Of a stretch of DNA of 64,000 nt, positions 24,910-38,365 are shown in pieces. Source of the stretch: Leucoraja ocellata (Eukaryota). The notes under the pieces are model-generated. The model ran no database searches and was not told the origin of the DNA. It was given only the letters and a program-made list of their open reading frames with translations. The translations under genes were made by a program, and so were the position numbers. The stretch spans positions 8,494,001-8,558,000 of the forward strand of contig JAWMAR010000025.1 in NCBI GenBank assembly GCA_036785375.1, given 5' to 3'. Position 1 is the first letter of the stretch; each line of letters opens with the position of its first letter.

Positions 24910-26945
24910 CTGCCCCCTATACAGATGGATCGCAATTTGTGTTTGCATGTAGGCAGTCACATAATCAAGATATTGCTGAGCTATCAGAAATAAACACACT
25001 TCCAGGGGTTTGTAGCTGTAGATATGAATTTATACAAAGAAAAATAATATTGAGGTTACTGTATTTTAGCTATGTGCTCTTTTGCCAAATATATTGGTGG
25101 GATCATTCTTGCTTTATGGTATATCCATAAAGTAATAACACTAATAGAGGTAAAATTTGTAAGAAAAGTGAGCAAAGTAAAATTGAGACATCGTAGTTGG
25201 AAAGTACTGTCTATGCAGTTTAATAGATATCTATTTTTTTATTAAGGTTGCAGGACTGTTTAGTGGGCAATGTCCTGCTCCTACTCCATGCTTCTCTTTA
25301 CTCTTCCTACGTCAAAAACTAAATTTTGCATGTCAATAATTTCATATTTTGTGAAGCAATTGATTCTCTTAGCTGATAAGCCAAGATAAAATTCTTGCCA
25401 CATGCAGTTATCAAATTGGGCCAGATCCAGCCTCGATCCAAGGATCGTAACTGTAGTAGCTACAGAGATGACGAGGTGCAGTAGAAAAGGTTATTGCATA
25501 AAATAAGAGCACAGAGGGTTGGGGTAATATACTGAATTGGCATGGATGAGGGTATTGGCTAATGAACTGAAATGGGTTTTAGTAATGAGTGGGTTAATGC
25601 TGCAACAGTAGAATTGTTCTGTAAATTGAGTAATGGGGAAATAGGTCGAAAAGGCGATACGGTTAAGATTTCCTAACAAATTAACTTGTGACTAATGTGG
25701 CATTACTGTGTTACCTTAGGAAAGGCATATTGAGATTACCAATGTTTTCAGTTAAACCGTGGAGAGATTTTAGTTCTCTTAACTGACGTTTGTGAGTTTT
25801 TGCTTCCTTTTTACCTTGGGGGAGGGGGGAGGAAGGAATCTTCCCAATATGCCAATTTGAAACACAATTTAATTTTTTTTTTAAAAACCATCGTCTAGAT
25901 AGAGAAACTTCAGTAACTATGGACAAAATTTAATATTGAGTCAACATTTGGAGGCTTATGTAAATGACTTACAAAATATCAATGATTTGTGTAAATGACT
26001 TACAAATGACTTACAAAATATCGCAAAGGATTTATTTATATTTTGTACTGGAAATCATAATATTTTTTGCAGAAGTGTAAAATGATCCTGCTCTACAGGC
26101 AGTTCCCAGGTTACGTTACATTTCTGAGACCTCTCCATAATTTCCCTGCACGTAAAATGTCCACTTTCTTTAGTAACCCATATTGAATCGCTCTGCATAC
26201 ACTTGCTTTAATCCAGTTGTTTATCATTTTATTATTGTTTAGGTTAAAAATGCTTTAAAAACATATCGGAGAAATTGTGTAAAGTCAAATTTCCGTAATT
26301 AGTGTCATTTGTAACCAGGGGAGCATCTGACGATGTGCACTGGTCAAGTAAAATAATTGTTAATCAAATGGCTAATGCATATGAGATAAATCTCAGTTCC
26401 ATTCCTTTATGTGCTGTTGCACTTCCTCGGGTTCTTGCATTTCCCTAATGTCTTACTGCACTTCCCTGTGATCTGTGTCTGGAAATGCATGGCAACCAGT
26501 AGAAGCTCCCTTGAATAAATTGCATATGACTGCCTGTTTGGTGGTTTTTTTTCCCCTATTCTGAACTGCAAGGTTGTATTTCAAATACAGATTTGAAGAC
26601 TGTATTGAATGCAGAAGCAGCACTAGTCAAAGTCGTTTTATTCTCTTCGAAGATCACCTTCAGAATTTTTTTTATCATTTCCTTTCATCTTCCATGGATT
26701 TGGTACATTTACTATAATTTCAATCACTTAAAATGTGTATAACCTCAACTTTATCTATTTCAATTCATACATTTATGTGCAATTATAAGTTAAAGATTCC
26801 TGCTGTGGTTGTTTATTCTGGTTGAAATCTTTGAAAATATTCATATTCATCATCAAAAGTTCCTTCAACAAACATCCCTATGGGTCACAATTTTCTTAAA
26901 TCTTTACAACATCTTGCTTCTGAGTCCTGGGCACCAACAATATAT

Positions 26946-27034
26946 GCATTTACGCAACTAAATGCATTTCGTTGTCTCTGTACTGTACACTGACAATGAC
27001 AATTAAATTGAATCTGAATCTGAATCTGAATCTG
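26946..27034 (+). mobile_element. Extreme 3' end of a LINE (Rex/Babar-like) with (TGAATC)n tail
   Basis: catttcgttgtctctgtactgtacactgacaatgacaattaaat(tgaatc)4. Possible TSD aatatat at 26939-26945 and 27035-27041. Confidence 0.6.
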
Positions 27035-27874
27035 AATATATTGTCTTTAACGCTGCAAAGTGACTGGAAATTTCAAAAAGTGCCATCACCCTTTAAAAAC
27101 AGCATGTTTTGAATTATACTAAGAGTCCATGGGATGTATCAGATATATTGTATTTCGATGACAGTTGCATTGCCTCAACTTCTGTATTCCACTGGCAAAT
27201 GCTTCACTCCTTTGGAACTTCAGGTGGTTAGTATTTTGTTATCACTGAAAGTTTCCCTGAGTTTCTATCGGCTCTTGATAAACATGTTGTTCAATTCTTC
27301 AGCATCAGGAAGAGTAGGAGGTGAACACCACCAGTGTAGCTTTGTTTTATCCACCTTAAATACACAATTTGAAAATTAAATGCATTCAGTCACTAATGTT
27401 TTTGAAGAGTCCTTAATATTTCTCTGCTGGTTCATGATCAGTTGAGTTCTTCTTGTCCAATACTCGCTGTCATCTTATTCCACGGTGTTCCATGTGGTAC
27501 GAAAATCAATTGGAAATGCATGTTGAGACCATTTGCTGATTTAAAACAAAATTTTGGGCCTTTTCAGTGAGCCTTTGTCCAAAGATTGGGGTTTCTTCAA
27601 CATGTTTGAATGCAAAACTTTTATTCTTGCCTCTCCTATTTGTTAAGACAAAATATGCTTTATGCCTACTGAATTACCCATATCTGAGCCTGTATTAAAT
27701 TGAATTATTTTTTTTCCTATGACTTGATATCACAGATGATAAGCCCATTTTGTTTTCTTCAGCAGTTCTTATTTTCTCTCATTTTGTATATGTTATTTGT
27801 CTTAGTGTTTGACAACATCACTCTCTTATATTTTGTAGATTGTTTATTCACCTCTATCATGCGTAGATATAGTT

Positions 27875-28432
27875 GCTAACCATTTAACTCCCCTTCCCAT
27901 TCCCACACTGACCTTTCTGTACTGGTCTGCCTCCATGCCAGCGTCAGTCCATGCACAAACTGGAGGAATAACACCTTGTATTCCGCTTACAATCTAACGG
28001 TATGAACGTTGAATTCTCCAATTTTAATAACATCTAACTAATGCTCACCCCCATGCCCAACCTGAACTCCCTCCCATTTTTCTCTTCCCCCCCCAAAACC
28101 TCCTGCTACTTTCCTCCTCCTGACTTCGCAGTCTGGAACTCTTCAAACCTGTCTCGCATCTCTTCTCATCTCTGGCCTTTGTTCCAAGCATCTGCCTGAC
28201 AAAATACCCCCCTTGCCTATGCCAACCTAAGACCCGCCGACCCGAACCTTTGTCCTGCCTCTCCCCCATTTCCAGCTTTCTACTCCTCCCACCCCCTCCC
28301 CCCCCCCTTCCCTCTACAATTGTTCTGAAGAACAGTCTCGACCTGAAATGTCACCTATCCATATTCGTCACCTCTGCATGTTCGCCAGAGCTGTTGCTTG
28401 ACCTGCTGAGTTACTCCAGGACTTTGTCCTTT
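27875..28432 (+). mobile_element. Penelope-like element 3' part (GIY-YIG endonuclease C-terminus, C-rich 3'UTR, pLTR)
   Basis: Reads HFNSPSHSHTDLSVL...KLEE*HLVFRL...NGMNVEFSNF*, then ctgaagaacagtctcgacctgaaatgtcacc...tgagttactccagg. Confidence 0.85.
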
Positions 28433-29617
28433 TTAGATTCTGATACACAGGATATAAGATGCACTTAACCTCCCTCGGGTCACACATATGGATCTTATTG
28501 TTGTAAATAAATTTCTGGTTGTCTTTCTTATATGCAGAAAGAACGATTTTGTATGTATCTTAAAGCCCACCAGTTTATTTAAAGGTTCTTCAGCTCATGT
28601 GTTGTATGAATTGCAATATGTATGGTCTCTTCGAGGAACAATTGAGCAGTTTTCAAATCCAGCATTGAAGTTCACAAATCATGTCATTTCCTTAACTTGA
28701 AACACTGTTTATCTCGCAATTTCAATTTTTATTATTGCATTATTAGTCCCAACTCATTTGTACCTGGCATTCAAGAAGGCACTGGAAACATATGAAAAAC
28801 AGAAGACAGCAAACTTATTCTCTCGCATTCAGCCACACAACTTAGAATTTGATTCTGGTTATACTTTACTGTTGGCATTTCTGACACATTTTTCTCATTA
28901 TAAAATCCCACATCAGCTATTAAGATGTTCTTTGTAAACTATGAAAGGTTACATGTGACAGATGTAAAAGGGTGGAGATGCTGGTTAGCAGTCCAAAACT
29001 ACAACATTTATTCTTTACTGATAAATCCCAAGGAACAATTCAGGGTATGCTTAGATGTTGAAAATATCAAATTTGCTTCCACATTGAGTGGTTTAAGAGG
29101 ACTAGCATTTATGCATGGAAGGGGAATCTGGATAAGTGTCATTATGGACAAAGAAATTCATATAAAAGCATAGAACTGCTCCAGTGTGGCTGGAGGTTCT
29201 TCTGGACATCATGTCCGTGCTAGATCTTGGCTGTGTAACTCAGTCTGTGCTATTCACTTGCAATTGTTTCATAACCCTGCAATTTTTCATATACTCTCAA
29301 ATATTTATTCATACTTTCAGGCAAGTGCATTCCAGGACATAATTAGTTGTGGCCTAGACTGGGAATTTTATGTTGTATGTTTTATCTAAACCTGCTCAGA
29401 CTTTGCATACCTATCAGAATTCCTTTTGATTGTTTCTGCTGCAAGGATGCAAAACTACGACTCGCAACTCTTTTTCTGTCATGTGTTACCTCGTCTCTGG
29501 AACTATTCTGGTTGATCGTTCTTGCTCGCTGTCCTTCTGGGACTAATTCCTGCAGTGTGGTGACCATAACCGTCTAGTTGTGGCCAAACCACTTTTTATC
29601 AAAATTCCAACATAACG

Positions 29618-30500
29618 TGTAGGAATTGACCACAGATGCTGGTTTAAACCGAAGATAGACAAAAAATGCTGGAGTAACTCAACGGAGCCCGCAGCATCTT
29701 TGGAGAGAAGGAATGGGTCAAGTTTCGGGTCAAGACCCTCCTTCAGACTGGAGTTTTCCTTGTCACCAGATGTCTATCTCCAACATAAAATATTTGTTCT
29801 TGTATTCTATATCCATATATGGCCCAGAGACCCACATGCTTTATTAACTGTTCTCTGTTCTCAACGCCTCCAAAGATGTGTTGAGATGAGGCCCAGCGCA
29901 AATTGGCAGAACAGCACCTCATATTTCACTTGGGGAGCTTACCCCCCCAGCGGTATGCACGTTGACTTCTCTAACTTCAAGTAGTCCTTGCTTTCCCTCT
30001 CTCCATCCCCTCCCCCTTCCCAGTTCCCCCACCAGATTTACTGTCTCCGACTACATTCTATCTCAATCTGGCCCACTCCCTTGACATCAGTCCGAACAAG
30101 GGTCTTGACCCAAAACGTCACCCATTCCTTTTTTAGTTTGGTTTTGAGATACAGCGTGGAAAAGAGCCCTTTGGCCCAACGAGTCTGCACCAAACAGCGA
30201 TCCCCACACATTAACACTATCCTACACACACTAGGGACAATTTACAATTAAACCAATCCAATTAAGCTACATACCCTGTACGTCTTTGGAATGTGGGAGG
30301 AAATCAAAGATCTCGGAGAAAACCCACTCGGCCACGGGGACAATGTACAAAGTTCATACATACAGCACCCATAGTCAGGATCGAACGCGAGTCTCTGGTG
30401 CTGCAAAGCAGCAACTCTACAGCTGTGCCACCGTGCTGCCCCTTTTCTCTGGAGATGCTGCCTGTCCCGCTGAGTTACTCCAGCATTTTGTGTCTACCTT
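29618..30500 (+). mobile_element. Truncated Penelope-like element with inverted 5' pLTR and direct 3' pLTR split by a SINE
   Basis: Inverted pLTR 29618-29750; endonuclease end (K)LAEQHLIF.LG...PSGMHVDFSNFK* at about 29890-29984; 3' pLTR 30087-30130 resuming at 30443-30500. Confidence 0.85.
30131..30442 (-). mobile_element. Full-length tRNA-derived V-SINE (HE1-like)
   Basis: Minus strand gggcagcacggtggcacagctgtagag (A box)...gttcgatcc (B box), V core tcctcccacattccaaagacgtac, CR1-type 3' tail ending in aaact-like repeats. Confidence 0.9.
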
Positions 30501-30528
30501 GAGATGTTCAGCCAACTTCAAAGACCTT

Positions 30529-30944
30529 ATTACAAGTATGAGGTGCAATAGTAATTTTAAAAATAAATAAATAAATAAATGATACCAGGGCCTGGTAACA
30601 GGAGGTAAAACAACAAAAACAGACTTGGTTGGTGGTCCCCTTTCTGCGGAGTTTAATGTTATGATAGAGCGATTGTTCCTACTTTCTTTTTCTTTCTTTC
30701 CTAGGGTCTACTTTCTCACTTTACTTCCTTCTCTAACTTCTTTTCTAAGGGGCTTTCTTTTCCCAACACTCTTGCACTTCACGACTCTTGCGCACTTTCT
30801 TTACTTTCCTTACTTCTATCTTTTTCTTAAAGCTCAAAAAAAATGAAGCGGTACAAAAAATGTATTAAGATATATGTGTTGTGTAGTATTGTAATTTACC
30901 GTACTTCTAATAAAAATAAAATAAAAAAAAAACAACAAAAAAAA
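30529..30944 (+). mobile_element. L1-clade LINE 3'UTR, polyA-tailed, 15-bp TSD
   Basis: TSD aacttcaaagacctt at 30514-30528 and 30945-30959; AATAAA plus polyA. Homologous to 59977-60422. Confidence 0.85.
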
Positions 30945-32449
30945 AACTTCAAAGACCTTTGCATATATGTATTCAGCTCTGTTAGTTCCTTGATTTCTAT
31001 TATAGTGGTACAATTTATGGTTTATCATTTTGCTGTAAAATTTGTCAAAAATAGTTTGCACATTTGCTTTAACTAAATTTCTGCACATTATTGTAGAAAA
31101 ACTAGTTACATAACTGTTACGGGAGTACTTTGGGGGATTGGCATCAAATGAATACTGGGCCAGATTGTAGAGCAATCTAGAGAGATTATCAGATTTGTTT
31201 AATCCTCTGAGAACTGCAGAGATTTTGTTTGTTTTTGCAGTTTTTCCTCCCGTCTCGAACAGAATCTCTGTTAGGATGATTTCCACAGGAAACAATTCTT
31301 CATATTTATCCCTTTTATAAAAATGTAAGAACGCAAAATACAATCGGTAGATGGCCACTCGACCCCCTCAGTTCTACCTCGCCATCTCATGAAATCATTG
31401 CTAATCTCTCCCAGATCTCCCCTTCTGCACTAGTTCCCATTCGCCCTTAATTCTCTGATCTTTATTTTAAAAATGTATTTTTCGCTACTCTCAATAATCC
31501 AGCCTCCATGGGCGTATGGGAGAAATAATTCTAGAGACTCAACACCCTATGTAATGTCATTTTTAAATGACTGCTTCCTTATCTTGTGGTCATATTCCCA
31601 CATTCGGGATTCTCCCACTAGTGGAAACATCTTGATGTGTAGCTGTTTTATGTTTCAGTAGAACAATAGAACTTCCACATTTTCTAATTTATTTAGCTGC
31701 TCATAATTTCATCCCAAGAATTAGCCTAGGGTGTTCTTGTGCAAACCAAGGCACCGAGTGTTATAATGCAGGTTAAAGACTGAATTCACTTCTCAGGTGC
31801 CGTCTGGAGTCTGATGGTCTGCTAATGATCACTTTTCTGGCTTCGGATGATTCTGACATTAATGATTATGTTCCAACAAGGAGTCAATAACTTTCCTAGA
31901 TGTTGAAGGAAGCATTTATTGGATTGTTATGTTTTTAGTGTTATGTTCAATGCATGCATTTATAACCAATGCACAAGAGTTTGCAGAAAGTTTGCTGCTT
32001 GTTGTCTCGTGTGTATCCGTTGATAAAAGTTCCGAAGCATTTACAGTATTTGTAGTTGACCATTTTGAATATGCAAAACCCATAATCCATTTCCCACATC
32101 AGTAAAAGATTATCAGTAGTAACCCAAGTGCCAAGAATGTTTTCTGTAAAATAATTCTGGAAAATGAATTAATGTCTTTGCATAGTGAATATTTGTTGTG
32201 TCATTTTCATCCTAAATGAGCAATAAAATATCTATTATTTATAGAAAAGTGTATCGTGGAAAATAATTGTAACTTGAGTTCATTTCTTTTCACCTCTATT
32301 GCTTCTGAAAAGTGTATAATGTGCTGGAAAGAGATACAGATAACTTGTGGTCAGGTCCTCGTGGTTTAGGAGATATCTCTTCAAATTAATTCTTGGAATA
32401 TGGGTGTTTCTGGAAAGGACAAAGTTTAGTTAAGATGGAAGAACCTCAA

Positions 32450-32672
32450 AATTGTGAACACTGCCAGTCCATCATCGGCTCTGACCTCCACACCATCAAA
32501 GGGATTTATCGGAGTTGATGCCTCAAAGGCAGACAGCATCATCAGAGACCCACAGCACCCTAGCCACAAACTCATTTCACCCCTGCCATCGGGAAGAAGG
32601 TACATGAAAACTCTAACATCCAGGTTCAGGAACAGCTTCTTCCCTACAGCTATCAGGCTATTAAACACTACA
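32450..32672 (+). mobile_element. Rex1/Babar-clade LINE ORF C-terminal fragment
   Basis: IIRDPQHPSHKLISPLPSGRRY...TSRFRNSFFPTAIRLLN, the typical Rex1 C-terminus. Confidence 0.85.
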
Positions 32673-32694
32673 GTAGGCGGTAGGGGGGGTGGTT

Positions 32695-32808
32695 TGGTTA
32701 CCTAAAATTGAAGAATTCATTGTTCATATCGTTGAGTTGTAAGCCACATAGGTGAAATGTGAGGTGCTGTTCCTCCAGTTTGCGTGTGGCCTCACTCTGT
32801 CAATGGCA
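32695..32808 (-). mobile_element. Penelope-like endonuclease C-terminal fragment
   Basis: Minus strand gaggccacacgcaaactggaggaacagcacctcac (EATRKLEEQHL)...atgaacaatgaattcttcaattttaggtaa. Confidence 0.8.
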
Positions 32809-32934
32809 TATTAATGTATCCGTGAACAAACCCACTTCTGACCTTATATTGGAAGTTGTTGCTCATTTAGCTGAAGTTAAACTAGTGTGGTTTTGTTGTC
32901 TCCAGGGGCCGTCCTGATAGGTTTCCAACCAACA

Positions 32935-33104
32935 TGATTCTCTGGATACTTTCAAGAGACAGCTAGATAGGGCTCTTAAAGATAGTGGAGTCGGGGGATA
33001 TGGGGAGAAGGCAGGAACGGAGTACAGATTGGGGATGATCAGCCATGATCACAATGAATGGCGGTGCTGGCTCGGCCTACTCCTGTGCCTATTGTCTATT
33101 GTCT
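32935..33104 (+). mobile_element. CR1 LINE 3' tail
   Basis: ttcaagagacagctagatagggctctt...ggcctactcctgtgcctattgtctattgtct; same subfamily as 58968-59351. Confidence 0.9.
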
Positions 33105-33367
33105 TCCAGGTGTGTCCTCCACCAATATGATGATTTTTTTCTGATCCAGTTTGGTAGGCTCATGGGTGTTACTTGATCTGGGTCTTCTTCTTATCGAGAT
33201 AACATACAAGATTAGAAGTTGTTCAGCCAGGGCTGAATACACTTCTCGGCATCTACATACAACAGTGTCTGTCTTGCACCTCTTGTGCTCTTATACGTGG
33301 TGGTGGAAACAGGGCCGCGACGTGAACGCTCTTGATCCCACTTGATCTGGGTGCGGAGGCGGTATGG

Positions 33368-33760
33368 TAGTTACCTAAATTTGGAGAATTCTGTGTTCAT
33401 ACTTTGTTGAAATATTGTGAATATTTGTGAAATATGAGGTGCTATTCCTCCAGTTTGTGCATGGGTTCCCTGGTAGTCCAGGCCAGAGAGGTCAGCATGG
33501 AATTAGGAAGAAAAGATAAAATGGTTAGAAACAGGTCGACCTTAATGGATCGAACGCAGGTTTTGGCGAAATAGTCGCCAAGCCTACGCTTAGTCTCACC
33601 GATGTACAGGAAGCCAAACTGGGAACAATAGATACGGTTGAGAGGTTAGATCAGGTGCACATCAATGTCTATCACGCCTGGAAGTTTTCTGGGGATAATG
33701 TGATGTGCTGGAAGTTGAAGTATAATCAGGATCTTAGTGATGGGAACGTTGGCCTGGGAG
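33368..33760 (-). mobile_element. Penelope-like element fragment including the GIY-YIG 'YIG' motif
   Basis: Minus strand at about 33560-33632 translates IYCSQFGFLYIGETKRRLGDYFA, followed by KLEE*HLIF and EFSKFR*. Confidence 0.85.
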
Positions 33761-33884
33761 AGATGTGGATCTTCTTTGTGGATTTGGATCTTTGTTGCAG
33801 GCAATATTGTTTCCTTCCTGTATTTTGCGATGACTACCTGAATTGTCATTGTCTCAGAAGGTGCAGAAAAGATGCACAGGGATG

Positions 33885-34140
33885 TTGTCTGGACAGGAGG
33901 ACTAGTGTTGAATAGACCGTTTTCCCTGGAGCCGATAGGGCTAAGGGATATCTGTGTAGAGGTTGTCAAAATTATGAGGGGCATAGATAGGGTAGATGAT
34001 TACGTCTGTTTGCCCAGAGGAGGGTAGTCTAAACCTAGACGATATAGTCAGGTAAGAAGGGAGAGATTTAAGAGAGAACAGAACGACAGGCTTTTTAACC
34101 AGAATGGTGGATATATGGAATGAGTTCCCAGGAGAAGTTA
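33885..34140 (+). mobile_element. Old CR1 LINE 3' ORF fragment
   Basis: ttttccctggagccgatagggctaaggggatatctgtgtagaggttgtcaaaattatgaggggcatagatagggtagat (FSLE.R.LRGDL.EV.KIMRGIDRVD). Confidence 0.75.
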
Positions 34141-35409
34141 GTGCCAGGTTTTGCATGTACATAAAAATAGGACTCTAACATCGCCAGGTTATGGAGTTCT
34201 CAGAATATACTGCCAATGAAAAACATACCACCGCACTTTCCTGATCCAAATTTGTAAAGGCATTTGGGGAAACACACAATACTATGAAACCATTACTAAA
34301 TTGTAGTACTTTGAAAAGATGACAATCTTATTCTGTTTTATTTTCCTAATAAAATTATATGAAAAAAATTCTATGTGCCAACAAAATGATTAAAAATAAT
34401 AGCATTTCAATGTTCCTTGTGTTATTGCATTGTGATGATGCAGTTGAAACAAAAATAGTTTGTTTAGGGCATTCGATGAGATCATGGTTAATCTTTGACC
34501 CAACTCACAAACCTACCAATGCTTGGCATATGTTTTGGTTAAAGGAATTTGTCAATTGTAGATTTAAAATTAACAAATGTTTCAACATAGATTTCAATTT
34601 GTAGAAGAGTTTCAAATTTCTGGCAGCCTTTGTCTATAGAAGTACTTATTAAGATTGAAGTTGGATATAGTGGTTCATTATGCATCCGACAACAATAAAG
34701 TTCAGCAAGCAGCTTAACATTATTGTATAAATTGATTCAGAGTTTTGACAGTTAACCTTGATTGGTTTGCGAAATTTATGATAACTGTCGACTTTGAAAC
34801 AAACTATTGATTGCTCATAATTTTCTTGTGGACCCAGACGTATTTACTCGTGTAGATTAACAGTTGCAAACATTCTGAATACTCAAGTGTACAAGAGGGT
34901 TGTTGAACCTTTGCCAACCAAAAGTGAGTGTTGTCAGATCAGAATAATAAACCTCCCCTTTGTATTTCTAGCAGGAGAGTCCTATGCTATAAAATGTTGA
35001 CTTTGAATTGCTTGGAGCTAATGTTGAAGGAATACCATTCCCCAATAGCATTCTAACTTTGCACATTCCGTTACTAAAAAAATACATCCCTGCACTTCCC
35101 TGATCCCACTTTGTAAAGGTGCTGGGGAAGCACATAAAACCACGAAACAGGTTTGCTGATCAATCAACCACACACATTTATAAATCATTCATTATGAGAA
35201 TTATTAAGAAAATGCTACTGGTAAAATCACAAACTTACCAATTTGACAAAGTTAAATTTGGTTCTTGGAATACCAACTTTAAAAGTAGTGACTTTTCTTA
35301 AAGTTGATTTACTCTGGGACAGTTGCCACAAAATATAATTTCAACTTATTTTTGGCAGAATCTAAATTAGATTAAATTAAAGACAAATAGCCATGTTTTG
35401 TTCTCAGGC

Positions 35410-35682
35410 AAAATGCAAAATGCCAGCGGATCAGGCAGCATCTGGGGTGGGAATGTACGGAATTTTAAGTAATTACTTGTTAACCATTTTAACTTCTCTT
35501 CCCATTCCCATACCAATCTTTCAGTGCTTGGCCGCACGTAAACTGGAGGAATAGTCTTTCATATTCCTGCTGAACTCTCCAAAACTTCGCCTGTCCATTT
35601 TCTCCCCAGATGCTGCCTGACACGCCAAGTTCCTCCTGTACTTTTGTTTTCAAGATTCCAACATCTGTAATCTCTTGTGCCT
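35410..35682. mobile_element. Degenerate Penelope-like remnant with inverted pLTR arms
   Basis: caggcagcatctgggg ... ccccagatgctgcctga inverted pair around catttttaacttctcttcccattcccatacc. Confidence 0.6.
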
Positions 35683-37406
35683 CATTCTCTCCTCTTGGGC
35701 TTAGATTTTGGGCAGTTGCATTTGCCACAGTATATTGATTTAGTCAAGTACTATTCAACCTCTTCAACCTTGAAAGAAAATTATTTTAGATGTTTAATCG
35801 TATTTCTGCATAATGTAAATAAATTTTTATGTGAATATTACTGTTTTGTTTCTCAATCCATTTCATTCATCTAATTTCTCTTTTTGTACCTGATTTGATT
35901 GGTTTCTGTTGTTATGACTTAATTCTCAAATTGCATTGGTTAGTCCATAGTAATATTACTCTGTATAATCTCAGATGCACTGTTGTGCTTGCATGCCCTT
36001 CTCAACTTGTACACCGAATCTTGTAATTGGAGAAAATGCAGGAACCCAAAAGCTGATGGGGTGTGCCATGTGATACTTCAGCGAGATTTGGCTCAAATAT
36101 ATCAATCATCTAAATGAACATTGGTGCCCCAAGTGGCGTATATTGTGGCTTTTATAAGGCAGTCAAAATTAGTTTCCAGCAGTGCACAGTGACTGTTCCA
36201 GATGTACTGACATGAGTGTTACATAAAATATTTTGGTATTTATTGGAGTGCAGTGTCCAAGTATGTGTCGGATACAATTATGTTTGATAATTTGGGGAGT
36301 TCTCTTAAGGGTGTTAAATTGATGTGCAGGGAGGTAATGAATGACCAAGTGATGGGTCTCCTTGGACATACTGTGGACTTGTTTTGTTACTGGTTTCCAT
36401 AGAACTGGGGTGTAACTGCATTTCTGCAAATGTGCGTATTTTGAAATGTTTTTTTCTCTTGATAACACCACCCTCTTTGCTGCAAAAAAACAGCTTTGTT
36501 ATTATAATTATTAAAGCATTCCTTTAGGTTTAGTTTTATGTGCTATACAATTTCACACACTCGCACAGATGCAAGAGGCTATCGCGTGCTTGCTGGGTCC
36601 ATGCAAGAGCAATCTAACTGCTCTTCCTGCTCTCCCTCCATACCCCTGCAAATGTTCTCTTTTAAAATACTTTTGCAGTTTCCTTTTGAATGCCATGGTT
36701 GAACTTGCCTCCCTTGCTCAACACCAGCAGACTCCAGATTTTCACCATAACCTTTTAAAGAAAAGCTATTGATCCTTGCATCAATTTGATCCTTGCATCT
36801 TTTAAAAGATCACCTTCATACTGTGACTTCTAGCTCTTGATTCTTCTACTGGTCAGAGCGGCTTCTCTCCATCTACGCTACATTTAATAAACGGATAGTT
36901 CTGCTTTAATGTGATAGTTGTGTTCCTAAGAAACCTTGTTATAGAAAATTGCTTAATAAAGACCATTGTGTCTATGGGAGGGGAGAGGGGGGGGTCCTGC
37001 AGTTATTTTCCCTGCAGGATTATCAAAAGTAAAGGGTTTTTTAATAGCTAAATTTATATTTATTACTGCAAGCTAAAAATACTTAAGGCTGCATGTTACA
37101 TTGTTTAATGTAACATTGTTCATTGCACAAGTGTCAATAGAAGCGATTAGCATGTCACTTTCAATAACATGCCATGGTTACATTGGTAGCTGTCTTAAGA
37201 GACAATGGTGCCTTGATTACTGCAGGAAGGTTACATGAAAACAAGTTTTGGGTTAGGTTATTTTCTTTCCGCCTGTTAATTCACAAAATAGCTTTTAAGT
37301 GGTTCTCTAGTTCTCAATCAAAATTGCGGTATAACCAACTCTGCTTGCATAATGCATATAGTGTTTCCTAAATCATCACTCACTTTGTATCCAGTTAATG
37401 TTACTG

Positions 37407-37503
37407 AAAATAGACATAAAAAGCTGGAGTAACTCAGCGGGACAGGCAGCATCTCTGGAGAGAAAGAATGGGTGATGTTTCCAGTCAAGACCCTTTTTCA
37501 CAC
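37407..37503 (-). mobile_element. Solo Penelope-like pLTR, degenerate
   Basis: gctggagtaactcagcgggacaggcagcatctctggagagaaagaatgggtgatgtttccagtcaagaccctttttca. Confidence 0.75.
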
Positions 37504-38365
37504 CCTTCAATGTTCTGGAAATGTGCATTATAGCTGAATTTCTTTTACTTCTCTCAGGGTTCCATCTCATTCTTTCTCATTGGAAGTAGAACAGCTCAAG
37601 CTTCTCTTGTCCCTTCCTGTAATTAGAGTCTCTATCATCCTAGCATGATTTTAATAAATCTCTCCTACAACCTCTCAAAGGCCATTACATCTTTCTTACG
37701 GTAGTGTCTAAACTAATGTTTTACAAATATTCATCATAACCTTTTTTTGCATTATGTGCCTTTGGTGTTAGATGCCTAAGGTCCAAACATTTTTAAACTG
37801 TTCTCTCAGCTTCTACTATTTGCTTTCCAACTACATTGCACACAAGGAAAACATTAGTCTGACATTGGGAAATCAGATGATCCTGAAATCTTGCGGTTTA
37901 TTTTGTTCATTTAAAAATAGTGCTTAAAAGTTGTTCCTGGGAGCTATTGTGTTTTCATATTTCTTTGTGATATTTGGCCCATCGGTCACTTCTGGCTCAG
38001 TGGGAAATCCCTTTTCCCAGTTAATTGCAGGGAGAATCTGTTAATTCTATGCAGACGGCACTGGAGATCAGGATCTTTCGTTTCACTGCACATCTTGTAT
38101 GTGTATGTGACAAATAAACATGACTTGACTTGACTTGGATTCTGAACCTGAGTCACCGGAGGAAGACAGCACTCATTCTAGTTACACCATTGTACAGTCT
38201 GATTTGAATGTCTCGTTTATTGAACACCATTTCTCCTTCAATTCACAAATTTATTTTCACATAATTCTATTGTAACTGCTGTACTGACGCTGAAAAATAT
38301 AATGTGTTGGGGCGCAACTTTTAGAAAAGATATGTATCTAAGTGTTTATTTTGTTTCATTTTAAG

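Noticed and set aside
25959-26022. Tandem taaatgacttacaaaatatc repeats
   Set aside because: Ordinary short slippage duplication with no sign of function.
30834-31358. 174-aa minus-strand ORF
   Set aside because: Runs through the polyA tail and TSD of an L1 insertion; low complexity, no splice signals or domain.
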